The notes under the pieces: generated by a model
Seen by the model: the letters and a program-made list of their open reading frames with translations, nothing else
Told to the model about the DNA's origin: nothing
The model's database searches: none
From: Macrostomum lignano
Lineage: Eukaryota
Assembly (NCBI GenBank): GCA_002269645.1
Contig: NIVC01000843.1
Span: forward strand, 186,001-250,000
Length of the DNA stretch: 64,000 nucleotides
Reading direction: 5' to 3'
Program-made: the position numbers and the translations under genes
Part shown: positions 1 to 13,273 of the stretch, one piece after another
How positions within the stretch are numbered: the stretch's first letter is position 1
How the letters are laid out: every line of letters starts with the position of its first letter

Positions 1-530
1 ACCTGAAAATTGGAAATTTTAAATTATTAAATCATAAAATTTCGATAAAAAAAACAATTCACTTCTAATGCGATTTTACTGCCAACCCTAGCCATAACCT
101 AACCTTAATTGTCAGCAATTTTAATTTGTGAAAAATAACTAACATAAAAGGTAATTCCATAAATGCTAACTGTTATAATATAACCTATTACTTGTAGTGT
201 GTTAGTACAATAGATACGTTTTAAAAGCTACAATTGAAATTTTTATTGAATTGTTTTTATTGAAAAGCAGTGCACAGTGGCTATTAAATGGCACATGACT
301 TGACAGCTTTCTGTGGGACCATGACAATGTCAGTCCACATACCAATGACTGGACACCAGACCAAAATGCATAACACAGCACTGTATCCAGCTGCTGCTAC
401 ATCCTTATTTGCCCACACCAGAAGTGCTGTGCAACATCTTGTCTAAAAACCTATAGTGATCCTTGTATACTGTCAGATTGAAACTTTAACCTATCATTAT
501 AGACAATTTTTATTGAACTGAATTAACTTT

Positions 531-1320
531 AAGTACCTGGGTCACTGCATCGACATCAATGGAGTGAGATCACTAGCAAAGGCGATTAAGATGGAGAAGT
601 TGACAGACCTGGACTTCACCCTATTAACAGTTGTACCTACCTGATTGTGGATGCCTTTAGTAAGTGGTTGGAGATTTAGCAAGGTGCACAGCAGTGTTGC
701 ATTTGAGACGTGTGTAGTAGCTGTTTAATAACTTGTTGAATAGGCTGGCATCTATTGCATTTATTGCAGATAATACTCTTAGCAAGTGAGGCAGGGTTGT
801 ATGAACTATCTTCTATATTACTAACAGTAGCTAAACCCGAACATTTTATTGCAACCAATCAGGTAATTTCTCTCCATTTGTTTAAATCCCACAATAAGTC
901 CATTTTTTGTTATAACTCTATTAATTGTTTAAATGCGGCCCCCTCCCTCAAAAATTTGATGTCCTCATGTCCTCTTAGTAGCTCATGAAAGCATATTTAA
1001 GTCTGCACCCCTCCTTTCCCAGCCAGACTCTCATTTTTGACCACTGTCCCAACCATTGTTAGGACTCTAGCAGACTTTTTTGCAGCCGCATCCCAGACTC
1101 CAAGATACAAAGGGACCCTATGTATAAGCCTAGTCTCCCATCATGACCAGCTCCTTTCTTGACTGACCATCCAATCTATTTTAACTAATAACAATAACAA
1201 CTAATATTCAGTTCTCTGGCCAATTACTAATCCTAGTGAGACAGGTCCCATTTCAAATATTTCTTGTCCTCGCCGGCCAGTGGATGCAAACGGACGCAGC
1301 CCACCCTACCTGCTGGCCGA
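531..1320 (+). pseudogene. Heavily deleted Ty3/Gypsy (Mag/K02A2.6-like) pol remnant
   Basis: KYLGHCIDING (RT C-terminal motif) at 531; TYLIVDAFSKWLEI (integrase core start) at ~636-678; TGPIS..GQW (integrase C-terminal motif, frameshifted) at ~1243-1285; PPT and LTR start follow downstream. Confidence 0.6.
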
Positions 1321-2349
1321 ACCTGAGTCATCCCAGCACCAGCGCAAGACCTGGCACGCAGGCGCCGAAGCCGTTAGGACGAGCATCCGCGTCAAGAACC
1401 TCGGATGGAGGTGCGCCGGTTGGCGCCGCTACAGCCATCTCATCGCGGCGATCCTCTTGCGGTCGCCAGGGAGCGAGCCGCCGCCATCCAGCTCTGGCTA
1501 GATCCGCTGCGAGCAGTCCAGGCTGACTCTCGGCCGCCAGCAGTTGACAAGCTGATTTCGCCAGCCCGACCTGATTCTCCACCGGTGCAGCCACTAGCCG
1601 AGCCTCAGGCGCAGGGCTTGCCCGTTCACCAGCGCCAAGCTGAGGATGTGCTCCAACTGTTCGGGAGTATGTCAAGCTCCTTGCAAGAAGAGCCGGGGGA
1701 AGACCAGCTCCCGGCACTGCAGGACCTGCTGGCTGCCAACACCCCAACTTCGCCAATTGTAGCAGGCTCTCCTGAATTGCTGGACGCAAGAAATGAGGTG
1801 CTGCACACGCCACCTCAGCCACTCTCGCCGCCGCCAGGACATTATTTGGGCATATTAACACCACCGCCTCAGCCTGATGTCATCAATTTGGATGACATCC
1901 TGACACCGCCCACGCCGCCGACTCCTCAATTCTGCCGACCATCACCAGTGCTGTCGCCGCCCCGCTTGTTCAGCAAAACAGAACTAGCAGAGGCGATCAG
2001 CGCTGCTACCCAGGCTCAACTGCAACTAGTGGACGCAGGAACCCAGAGCGACTGCCTGAGCTCAATATCTGAGAAAGCCATTGTCCTGCTTACTGAGCTC
2101 CTGCTATCAGCCGGACTGAAGGGGCAACTCTGCTAAAAGTGGCCTGAGGGGATCAGATCCAAATTCCATGCCGCCGCTCCAGAAGAAAGGTGCTGGGCCA
2201 TAGAAGACATCGCTCATCGAATGGCTACTGCTCTCCCGCTTCATCTGCCGCATGCTACGTCATTAGAATTAGCTATAATTAAACTGCTATTCTTTTTGGG
2301 CCTCGCCACTGATGTGCTGGCTGAATTCAATAAATTTGTACATTTTTAA
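1280..2349 (+). pseudogene. Disrupted Pro-rich accessory ORF downstream of the integrase remnant
   Basis: ORFs 1280-1501 and 1405-2136 lie in different frames. The 1405 frame continues past one TAA (2134-2136) as KWPEGIRSKFH... to 2349. The segment is GC-rich and sits between integrase and PPT. Confidence 0.45.
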
Positions 2350-2731
2350 TTCTATCTAATTTTAGGCCAATAAGGTCATAAACAATCCTTAATCATAAAT
2401 AATAATAAAAATCTAACTCATATTTCATTTCAATTTTATCAAAAAAAGTTTAGTAATACTCAAAATTAATTAATCTCTCAATCTCAAATATTTTACTCTA
2501 ATTAATCTATAATACTTTTACTTATTATTCTGCAATCAATACTGTATGCAATTCGCGTTGCCTTTTTAAATCTTACGCCATAGTACACCATCTTTTTGAC
2601 TGGCATGCAATTTTCTTGTTTTGTTCTGTAGCCAAATTAGCAATAAACATCCTTTACTCAGTGGCCTTGTCAGAGCCGATTTTGTTTTTCAAATAAAATT
2701 GAATCATTGTTCCGCTGCTGCAATTTATTTT

Positions 2732-2743
2732 GGATGGGGAGAG
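2732..2743 (+). promoter_or_regulatory. Polypurine tract (PPT)
   Basis: GGATGGGGAGAG immediately followed by TGTAGTG, a canonical LTR start. Confidence 0.7.
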
Positions 2744-5189
2744 TGTAGTGGGGCGCTTTCATTAGGCCAAAATTTAACTTTGCCGAAAAGCAGCCTCTTT
2801 CACTAGGCCAAAACTTCACTAGGCCGAAACTTCACTAGGCCGAAACTTCACTTTGCCGAAATGACTAGCACGCTCTTTCATAAGGCCAAAACTTCACAAG
2901 GCTGAGAAATCATTTTAGCAGCCTCTTTCACTAGGCCGAAACTTCACTTTGCCGAAAAATCATCTTAGCAGCCTCTTTCACTAGGCCGAAACTTCACTTT
3001 GCCAAAATGACTAGCATGCTCTTTCATAAGGCCAAAACTTCACTAGGCCGAAACTTTACTAGGCCAAAAAATCATTTTAGCAGCCTTTTTCATTAGGCCA
3101 AAATTTCACATTGCCAAAAATCATTTTAGCAGCCTCTTTTACTAGGCCAAAACTTCACATTGCCGAAAAATCATTTAGCAGCATCCTTACTATGTTTGAA
3201 AGGGGATGTGAACTTAAGCATCCAAAATGGAACCACAAGCAAGCAGTGACGATTTCTCTGCATCAGTTTCTTTATTTTGACCTAAGTGTTACTGCTACTA
3301 AAGTGGGAGCACGATATGGTCACTCAGTTTTTTTTATAGAATATTTTTAACATTCCTTACTTCATTTGGGGTTAACTCTGATTGCTTATTATTTTCATTG
3401 CATTTTCTGTCTCAGTCGGATGGACTTTTAAGTTGTAGAGTGCTTGTATGTTGTTTTAAGGCTCCTTTGAAAGTATACAGATTTGCCTAGATTCCAATTC
3501 ATAGAATATACATGGCTTTTAGTCTCTAATTCTTTGGCTTCTGTGAAATTCAACCTGTATGTTTTTAGTATCAAAAAGACAATGTACAATAGTATATGAT
3601 TTTTTATATGCCCTTTATTCTCTCTTCTCTCTTCCCCATTTTTTTCTTAAATTGCTCACTCATACCTTTCAGTCTAGCTGCTAGCGGGAACGAGCCCTAT
3701 GCAGGCCTGGTCTCTTGTCTGTTATTGGTCTATGCAAGGACTTGTAGATCTAGCAGGTTCTAGTTCTAGATCTCTAAGGTCTGTTTAATGATTAATAATA
3801 GTGATTAATTATTAATCAATAATAAGAATAATAATAAAAAAATTAATATTATGATAATAATTATTAACAATTAAAGATTCAGTTTAATGTTACCATGTTA
3901 GTTTTGGCCTAGTGAAAAAGTTTTTTTTTCCGTAAAGTGAAGTTTTGGCCTAGTGAAAGAGGCTGCTAAAATGATTTCTCAGCCTTGTGAAGTTTTGGCC
4001 TTATAAAAGAGCATGCTAGTCATTTCGGCAAGGTGAAGTTTCGGCCAAGTGAAAGAGGCTGCTAAAATGATTTTTTGGCAATGTGAAGTTTCGGCCTTAT
4101 GAAAGAGCATGCTAGTCATTTCGGCAAAGTGAAGTTTCGGCCTAGAGAAAAACTATGCTACATGATTTTTCGGCAAAGTGAAGTTTTGGCCTAATGAAGT
4201 TTTGGCCTTGTGAAGGAAGATGCTTTTGGCAAAGTGAAATTTCAGCCTAGTGAAACCCCCCCCCCCAGTGTAGTGACTGGCTACTAACCGGCTTTTCAAC
4301 AGCATTCACTAGCTTTCCCTAAGAGTGCTGTGGTCTGCTGCACAGTGACTCAGTCCACCTGAGCTAGAGAAAGAGTTACCCTGTGCTGGGCCTAAGTGTT
4401 TACTGCCCGATGACTCATCGCCTGAGCAGGCATGGGCAGCCACACTCAATGTCGTCTTGCACTGAGAGGCATAGCAAGATGACTCATCACTTGCGCAGAG
4501 TGTAACGGCTGCCTAGAGGGAATAAACAGGATGACTCATCTGCCCAAGTTCTATTTTAGCATAGAAAAACAAGTGACTGTGCACGCACACCATGCGTGGC
4601 CACTGACCTTGAGTCACGCCACTGCTATGTGACAGTGTTGCCTTATTTGAAAGTTGGCCTTGAATCACGCGTCGCTTGCATGATTTTTGTGACCAAAAAG
4701 GGAAGTTTCACACGCTCACCGCATAAAACTCATGACTTTTGGGGGTCTGCTTGGCTATAAATATGGAGCATTTGCAAGCCATTTTTCTCCAGATCGTGGA
4801 GCAACCCGGAGCCAACTGCGACGCCTTGCAGAGCATCGTGGCTGACTAGTGAAGCCTCCTCCAAGCTCTCCTCTCTCATTTCAGGTTTTACAGGTTTTCA
4901 GGTTCGAGCAGCATTCTACTAAGACAATCAACTATTGAGACATTTTCAGATTTGCCTTTGCTCTGAGCGACTTTGTTATTTTTCTTTCAAGTGACGGATA
5001 GACAACTCTGCCGACACATTGAGTCCGCACACCAAGGTGTCAGCAACCCTACCAAGTCACGGCTAACGTTTTAGGTTCATTTTCAGGCAAATTGATAGGT
5101 AGTACTGCGATGCTATCTAGCTTCTTCAGGAGCAGCGGGTTCTATTTTCTAGGAACATCTTCAAGAACCCGAGAAGGAGAAGTGTAACA
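2744..5189 (+). mobile_element. 3' LTR of the Mag-like element, interrupted after 7 bp by a foldback element (3' end approximate)
   Basis: TG start right after the PPT; sequence resumes at 4276; five AP-1 sites and TATAAATA at 4756-4763; candidate end GTAACA at 5189, where gag homology of another element begins. Confidence 0.55.
2751..4266. mobile_element. Non-autonomous Mutator/Foldback-type element
   Basis: Perfect 9-bp TSD AGTGTAGTG (2742-2750, 4267-4275); long TIRs (~2751-3170, ~3900-4266) built of sub-repeats CACTAGGCCGAAACTT and TCATTTTAGCAGCCTCTTT; AT-rich core with no ORF. Confidence 0.85.
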
Positions 5190-8100
5190 ATGTTTGCATT
5201 TTACCCTAGTTCAGAAGGAGGCTGAACTGGTAGATCAATTCACTGTGGGAATGCGAATTGCTCAGTTGATGAGAGAACAGCTAATCCTGGTGCGATTGCA
5301 GAATCTGACTACAGCAAGGAGGGCTGTGCTACGCTTGTAGACAGCAGCTAGCCTGGGTCAGCGAGCAGCACTGTTGCCGACAGTGAGACATGTCTAGGTT
5401 CTCAAGGATGATAACAGTCAGACGCCAACTGCAATGCAACACGATGGCAAGTCATCTTGGCCCAAGGAGAACTGGTTGCGTGAAGTGATAGAGCAACAAG
5501 CCAAGACTCTACAAGAGCAACAATGTCTACTGGAGACTTTGAGTAACAAAATTTGAGAATTCTACTCATGGGGATTGCGCAATAATAATACCCCGGAGCC
5601 ATGGGAACCTCTGCTCGCCACCGTGCTGCTTGCTACCAGCTGCGTGACAGCGCAACCGATGTCTGGTGCCCACAACTCCTCAATGCCATATGCTACAGGT
5701 GCAACCGCGAGCATTGCACTGATGAGTGCCTACATTGATGGTTGGCCAGCACTATGTCCCAGTGCAACAGCAGCTTGGGAAATGGGATGGCTGGACGCGC
5801 CATTGGGGGCAGCGCTATCTAGTAGCCAAGCTAGCACCCAAGTCCCCGCCGTGGACTTTAGTCACTCAGCAAGCCACTGCTAAGACTACCTCCGCCACAC
5901 CTGTACAGCACCCTGCACCCAAGCAACCTTGAAGGGATCCATTTTTAACCAGTGAGATTCATGGCTGTTATTTTGCTTTTCTGCTTGACACTGGCTCCAA
6001 GTGTGAAGTCCTAGAGTTTAGCACCTGGCACCAACTATGATAGACAACCCGACCTTATATGGCCAAATCGAGCCCTGTCTGCAGGGTATTGTGACCTATA
6101 ATAGAGAACCTATTCAAATGGCAGGCCAGGTAATCACAAGCCTACAGTCAAGTTTCTACTAGCAAAAGGATCACATGACAACATCCTGGGCTTTGAGTTC
6201 CTGGAGAAGTACAGCACCTCACTAGACCTTGCCGCCAGGATGCTGTTCTTCAAGGATCGCACTGCTGCACCACTTTGCTACACGCAAACTAAAGCCACCA
6301 CATGCAGAATCTACACGGCCAAGAGCACAACCATGCTGCCACTATCATCAGCCTAAATTAAGATCAAACTAGCTAAGGGACAAGAAAATAATCAAGGGAT
6401 GCCTGCTGTGATTGAGCTGCTAAAACCGGCTTGGCGCAGACAATGTACAACACCTAGACACCCCGTCTGCCTTAATATCTATGGTTAATAGAGAAGGCAC
6501 AATCGAGATGATCAACAGAGGCACTACATCCAACAAAGTGCAAGCAAATGCCCTAGTTGGGATAGTGAGACCAATCAGACTGCCCAAGCTACGCCTACAG
6601 TTCTTCCTGCTGCTGAAGTCAGAAGCTTCTGTCAATCAAGTCCAAGACAAAGAACCTGACACTTGGATCAAAGAGATTGACATCAGTGAAGATCTGTCCA
6701 ATGACCAGCACACTCAAGTCATGGAGCTATTAAAGAAGTACAAGAACATCTTCTCCAAAGGGTCACACGATCTTGGCCGAACTCACTTGGTCACCTATAG
6801 TATTGTGCTAAAAGACAAGAATCCAGTACATCTGCCAACACAAAGGATTCTGCCAGATCTGTTGCCCAAGGTAGATCAGCTGCTTGACAATCTACTTGCC
6901 AAAGGTGTGATTTGACCAAGCTTCTCCAGCTACAACACCCTACTGGTGATCATCCCAAAGAAGGATGGCAGTCTGAGAATTGTACAAGATTTGAAACAGA
7001 AGTGTGAGTACTTTCCGTACCTGATACCAAACATCCAAAAAGTATTCGCCAGCCTTGAAGGGAGCCAGCTATTCAGTACATTTGATCTAAATAGCAGCTA
7101 CTAAAAAATCCCACTGCATATAGAAGATCAAGATCCGGCTGCCTTCATGACGCTGCACTGCGGACAATTTGCCTACAATGTTATGCCAATGGGACTAAGT
7201 TTGGCACTAGCCAGCTTCATGCGCCTAATGAACGTTGTGCTCAATGGGATTGCCTATAAAAGTGAAATTGTCTATTGGGATGACATAATCATTTATTCTA
7301 AGAAATTCAATGACTATCTATGACATATGGAGGAAGTTTTCAAGCAAGTCTAAGATGCTAATCTAAAGTTCAAAGGCAAGAAGTTCCATCTATTTTGGGC
7401 AAGTCTAAACTATCTGGGACATGTAGTAATGAAAGATGGAATCAAGATTGACCCGGCAAAGATTGAAGCAATTCAGACCTAGCCAAGACCAAGAACAGCT
7501 TGGCAACTAAAAAGCTTTGTTTGCATGTGCGCTTACTATGCAAAATTCATACCTGGCTATGCAGAACTTGCAGCTCTATTCAATGATCTAATTAAAGAGA
7601 AGAAAATTTGAAAATTCAATTGTTTATAGGGAAAAGCCTAGCAAGATAAGTTCAACTAGCTCAAGTCAGCTTTGACTTTGACATCAATGCTTGCGTATCT
7701 GCAACTCAAACTGGCTGAAGCCTGATATCCAATTACTAAACAGGAACTCTTGGCAGTCATAGATGGCATGCGACATTTCTATTTCTACCTACTGGCCAAG
7801 AAGTTTATCTGCCAAACGGATCATGCAGTGCTGACCTAGAACCTAAGGCAAACTCAGCAAGTAGGCATCTTTGGACAATGGCTACAATGCCTAAGCAAAT
7901 TCGAGTTTGAGATTCAGTATCAAAAATCAAGTCAGCACCAGAATGCCAACAGTCTTTCAAGATGGCCTGAGGACGACACTAAATGCATGGAGGCTTAGTG
8001 TGAGGCAGCTGATGAGGACCAAAGTAAGCAGCCAGCCGCAATAAGGGATGCAGCAGCGCCTAAGGTCGTCAGCAGCCACCCTAGTCCTCCACCGAGCAAG

Positions 8101-11070
8101 AGGCAACCAACCAGCCAGAATTGATAAAGGCTGCTGACGAAACTGAAGGAGTCTAATGGGGAGACTACGCTGCCAGCAACACTGGCAGCCAATAGCAAGC
8201 TGCTAACAGAGCTATATCCACCGACAACAAAGCAGAGGCTATCTGCCTGCCATTATCAGGACTCACAGAGGTTGCCTACCAGCTTTAGTAGCACCACATG
8301 TTGCCTCTCAAGGAGCCACTGTCTACTAGGTAAAGGTGACAAGGACTGCAACCATAGCGCAATCAGTGATGACCGCTGCCAACCTGCTTGCCATTTAGTT
8401 TTCAAGAAAAGAGTGTGATTTCGCAGCAACTATGATAGCTTTGCTGACTTATTGTCAACTGCTAATGAATCTAATTCCAACGACAGTGAGGCTGAGGCCA
8501 CCGACAAGGATTGGCCTTTAAATTCATCAACAGCCCGGCAACCAGTCAGAGTAGCAATCATGCGGGGGAGCTCCAGTCCCCTCGCCATGCCGCCACAGCC
8601 AAAGCTGCGCTGACAAATTCTACCAACCAATGCCAAACATTGAACTTAACTGATCCCAAGGCCAGTCACTCGCGAGGAGCTCCAGACCCATTAGCATGTT
8701 GACTCTGCCATTGCTATGGTGATCAATCTAATCAAAATTCAACAACCGAAGCCGCTATTAAATCAGTGATTAAGTTTGACAAGAGACAAGTGAAACCTGC
8801 TAGTGTTTTACAAACAATTAGAAGTCCAAGATGATGGGCTATTAGTGATACATCTTGACAATATCAGCAAGGAGGATACAGTGCAAATCATCTTGCCAAA
8901 GAGCCTCAATGCTACCATGTTTGCCAACCTGCATGGTTTGCCCTACTGTGAACATATGGATAGAGATCTCACCATTGCTAAAGTGCATGAGAGATTCTGG
9001 CAACCTGCTCTGGCCAAGGCAATGTATGACTATATCACTTTTTGCCAGACCTGCACTTTAAGCAAGGGACAGCAACAAATTCTGGTGCATATACAATTAT
9101 TCCCAGTTTGCAAAATCTATAAGCAATGCACAATCAACATCTTGGGCCCCACTGGAGATCCAACAGACCAAAGCAACAAATACATCCTAACTGTGTTGAT
9201 ACTATGTTGAAATATCCTTTTGCCTTCACCATGAAGACTCAGCATGCCAAGATGATCATAACTCTCTTGTAAGAGCAAGTCTTTCCAATCACTGGAATCC
9301 CCGCGTGGATACATTTGGATCAAGGCAAGCAGTTCACAGGGCACAAGTTTTGACATTTCTACGAAGTCTATGGCATCCAGCAAATAACAACGCCACCAGT
9401 CACCTTAGGCCAATGGACAAGCCAAATTGTGCAACAAAAACATCAAGAAAGTGCTCACTTGTTTCCTAGAAGACTATCAGCAATGGGACAAGATATTGCC
9501 AGCCTTTTTGACAACCTTAAGATCAGCTATCAACTATACGACGGGTTTCTTGCCGCACTACGTTGTCTACGGAGTGCCCTATTGGTATCCAATCAATAAC
9601 ACCCTAGACCACCTGGACATATTGCCTGACCTCCCCGAGTACATGGCAAAGCATCAGCGCAGACTAGCCAAGACTGAGAGGATTGTACGACAGCTACTGC
9701 AAGCTGAAATCTAGTGCCAAAAAGAGTACTACAAGAACCGGCCAAAGCCTGTGGAGCTGTAGCCCTGAGACCTGGTCTTCCTGGCCAACCCGAAGCTTGA
9801 GTTGGAAGAGCTGCCCAAGTTCCATTGGCTATACAAAAGCATGTATAAAGTTGACCACAAAGTTGGAAAAGTTGTGTACTAGATCAAGCCTGCAATAGCC
9901 CACCAAGGATGCCTAGCTGAAATGTTGGTTCATTGCAACAATATCATTAAGGTGCTGCAGGTGATAGCAGATTGACCACAGGAGTCATTGCACCAAACTG
10001 AATGACCTAGATGCTGCCCTACAAGTCAAGCCATGAAAGCGAAGCTGACCCTGCCAATCCACCCGCTCCAGACTAGCCAGCCACAGCTCAGCTTGACCTG
10101 CGAGGCAGCCAGCTGTTCAAGCCTGGCAGGAAGTGCTGCTTGAAGGTGACCCAGATCTGTATAACATTGGCATGGAAATTGAGGTCTAAAAGGTATTTAC
10201 CAACAAATTTTATGTAGTGCCTAGTTGCTAACTATCAATGTGCATTACTGTTAGTCAATTTTGCAAATGCATTCTAAATTTTATCTTGCTATAAGCTTTT
10301 TCTGCACCTGTTATGTGCTAAAAGAAGATTTTTTATTTTCTAAGTTTCTACTTTTCCTTATGATTTTGGGATAAAAGCAGGCATTAATTTTAATTTTCTG
10401 TCATTGCCTTATGCTTGAGGGCAAAAGCAACTAATTTCCTGTCATTTCCTTATGCTTGAGGGCAAAAACAACTAATTTTCTGTCATTTTATTATGATTCA
10501 AGATAAAAGCAACTTTTTTTATTTTCTACCATTTCCTTATGCTTTTTGGCTAAAAGCAGCATTTTTTAAACTGTTCAATTATTATGTACAGTGCACAATT
10601 TGATATTTATCCAACGCAAAACATTTAAACCAGCAATTTGCACTCTGTATTTATCCCTGTGTTTTCTGACCAAAGCTTGTACCAATGCAACCATATTTAT
10701 CCAATGGATCAATATTTAATTAATGCCGTATAGTAAAATCATTGCTTAATTATGTTTCATTTGATTTTTGTGTATCTCTCTTTCATTGTGAACTTTTTTG
10801 CACACAATCAAAGTGCAAAAGTATCATCTTTTCTTACACTTTTGGAAGAAAAGCAACCAACTTTATAAACATTTTAGTTCTATTAAAACTAAAGGTGTTT
10901 TTTTCAATTTTGCGAGCCCACTCTTTAAGGGCCAAACTGTCTTCTGCCCTGCTCAAGTCAATCAGGCCTTGGATCTAGGCCTTGTCCTCCGCAGAGAGCT
11001 TTTGAGGTGACTCGACCCCTGTTATTTGTTCTGTATATAGCTTTAGCATTGTACATATTGGCATACAAGG
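5190..11070 (+). mobile_element. Decayed Ty3/Gypsy copy, 5'-truncated in gag, same family as the element at 19949-30181
   Basis: Collinear with the minus copy: gag ELVDQFTVG (~5225), zinc knuckle (~5690), protease LDTGS (~5985), RT YWDD (~7275), RNase H (~7700-7950), spacer, integrase (8770-9900), degenerate 41-bp repeats (~10350-10560). Many stops and frameshifts. Confidence 0.92.
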
Positions 11071-12348
11071 AGGAAAAACAACTTTCTGGCATATTCATTA
11101 GCTTACAATTTTTAACATACATTGAATTATGTTAAAAATTAATTTAATGCGGCGTATAAAAGCATTGAAGTATGTATCATAATTATGTAAATTACACTAA
11201 GCAATCCTTTGTCGCAGTAGAAGTTAATTTCAGTTTTAAGACAATGGATTAATTTTTTAAATAATAAATCTAGTTTTTCTACAATAACTAGGCTAATAAA
11301 AACAATATCTAAAACAAAAGTATACATCACTATTTTGTTTTACTTATTATTTCCCTTTTTTAAATTAATATATACTTAGATTTTTTGTAGCCATTAATTA
11401 CTATGCAAGTATGCGTATGTGTACTATTGGTTGTGGTATTAGTTATGTCCTTTTTCATCACACAATTTTTAGTGGTATAAAATTTACTAGACCACTTAAT
11501 TGATGTCATTTACTGGCATATACTTTACTAGATAGCAAATACTTTCTGGCATACAGATCCATAATATGGAGGAATGGAGCCTAATGAGCTAAATTTAAAT
11601 TTTTTAAAAATACATTATTAATTGTTAAAATAGGCCTACCTTATAAGTCAATTTATTCACTTGCAAAAACTAATTAATTCACTCACTGATGTTCTTTGTC
11701 CACTTACTGATGTCCACTGATTAATGCCATCGCCCATTGGCCATCAGTAAGTGGACATTTTGTGCTATTTTATTTATAATATAGTGCCTCTCAACAACAC
11801 AATTTCAATCAATCTCCTACAGTAAAACCTGGTAAAAACCACTTGAATTAAATAGGAATAGTGGAATAGTCAGTAAGTGGACACCTTGTGGAAGTTGTGC
11901 TACTAAATTTAAAGTATTGCTCAAAAATAATTTTGCACTGTACAGAAACAAATAACTTCATTGGTGTCTAATAAATTGCAAGACAATATTAATGCACAAG
12001 AAATTTTAAAATATTTAATAATATAGATACAGCCAACTTACTAAAATTAAATTCCAGGTGTCGATAAGTGGACATCTAAATAAATGGACGGACACACGTT
12101 GTTGCTTTCGAAAATCAAAATGGCTGACACGTGGGTCTCCCTAAAACACGCCCCGCACCGCGCCCTGCAGCGCTACACATTAAAACAAATTGGACTATAA
12201 CTGAAGAAACTTCAAAATGCGTTTTCTGTTAAGCTTCAAAGTTTTTATTAAATTTAGTTTTTTTACTATGAAATTTAAAATTCGGTGAATAATAAGTGAT
12301 AATAATAATAATATTAATAAAATAATAAGAATCACCCGTGTTGACAGA

Positions 12349-12608
12349 GGGCCTTTTCATATTGCTTGCTCTGGTTCCAGAACCAGAACCAATTTGTGAA
12401 GTATAACTTTTTGTCTCCATAACTAGAGGGAGATACGTGCTATAAAGTTTTTATTATTGAATGAAAATCACCAAGAAGAAAGTGAAAAATTGTGCTAAGT
12501 TAGGTTGTTAAGGCAGTCAAATGTTAACAGAGTTTAATAGTTATACTGCTGTTTTTCTTGGAATTCCGAACCGATTCTGGTTCTGGAATTGGTAATATGA
12601 AAAGGCCC
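12349..12608. mobile_element. PIF/Harbinger-like MITE
   Basis: TIR GGGCCTTTTCATATT / AATATGAAAAGGCCC plus inner IR CCAGAACCAGAA; 3-bp TSD AGA. Confidence 0.75.
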
Positions 12609-13273
12609 AGATACGCCGCTTTATAAAGCCAAATTGAACATGATCGCTGACCGCCTTTAAGGCTGTTGCGAACAAGTTCTGTGTTCAAAGATCATGTTCG
12701 CAAGGCCTACTAAAGCCAACTAATATTCAATTGGCTGGTAAAATTGCCGTCGATTTAAAATGAGCTAGGGGCCTGGACTATAGTTTTAGGATAGGGTAAG
12801 GTTAAGTACACGAGTCGTTACAGTTTAATACAAAGCCATTTCATTATTGTTAACCACTAACAAGCAAGTTAGTTAATCTTTACTAGGCCTAAATACAACT
12901 GGACTAATTGACTAATAGGCCTAGTTCAAAAAGCTACTTTTGATATCAATCAACTAGGCCTATTTTATTGTTGGAATTGAATTGCACTGTAGTATATTGG
13001 CCAATTGACCTTTTCTGGTCTACTTTAGAATGACAGGGATATATTATCTTATCTTTATTTAAAAGGCTAGGATAGGCCATTATAGGTTATTAATGACTAG
13101 ATAAGTTGATAAGTTCTTTCTAATCTATATCTGGGCTTCTTGCTATCTTGGTTGAAATTTATAGAGCCTAGGCCTATATATAGCATATGCTAGGCCTATG
13201 GCTAGTCTTAAGTTTTTAGGTTTTTATTGTAGCAATGTAAAGGCAGGACTAGGCCTAGGTCTAATTAAGTATT

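Noticed and set aside
85-115. Telomere-like AACCCTAGCCATAACCTAACC
   Set aside because: It is too short and degenerate; such motifs are common in non-autonomous DNA elements.
5190-11070. APOBEC3G-type hypermutation as the cause of TGG>TAG stops
   Set aside because: C>T and G>A changes both occur on the same strand and also in non-retroviral satellites, whereas cDNA deamination is strand-specific.
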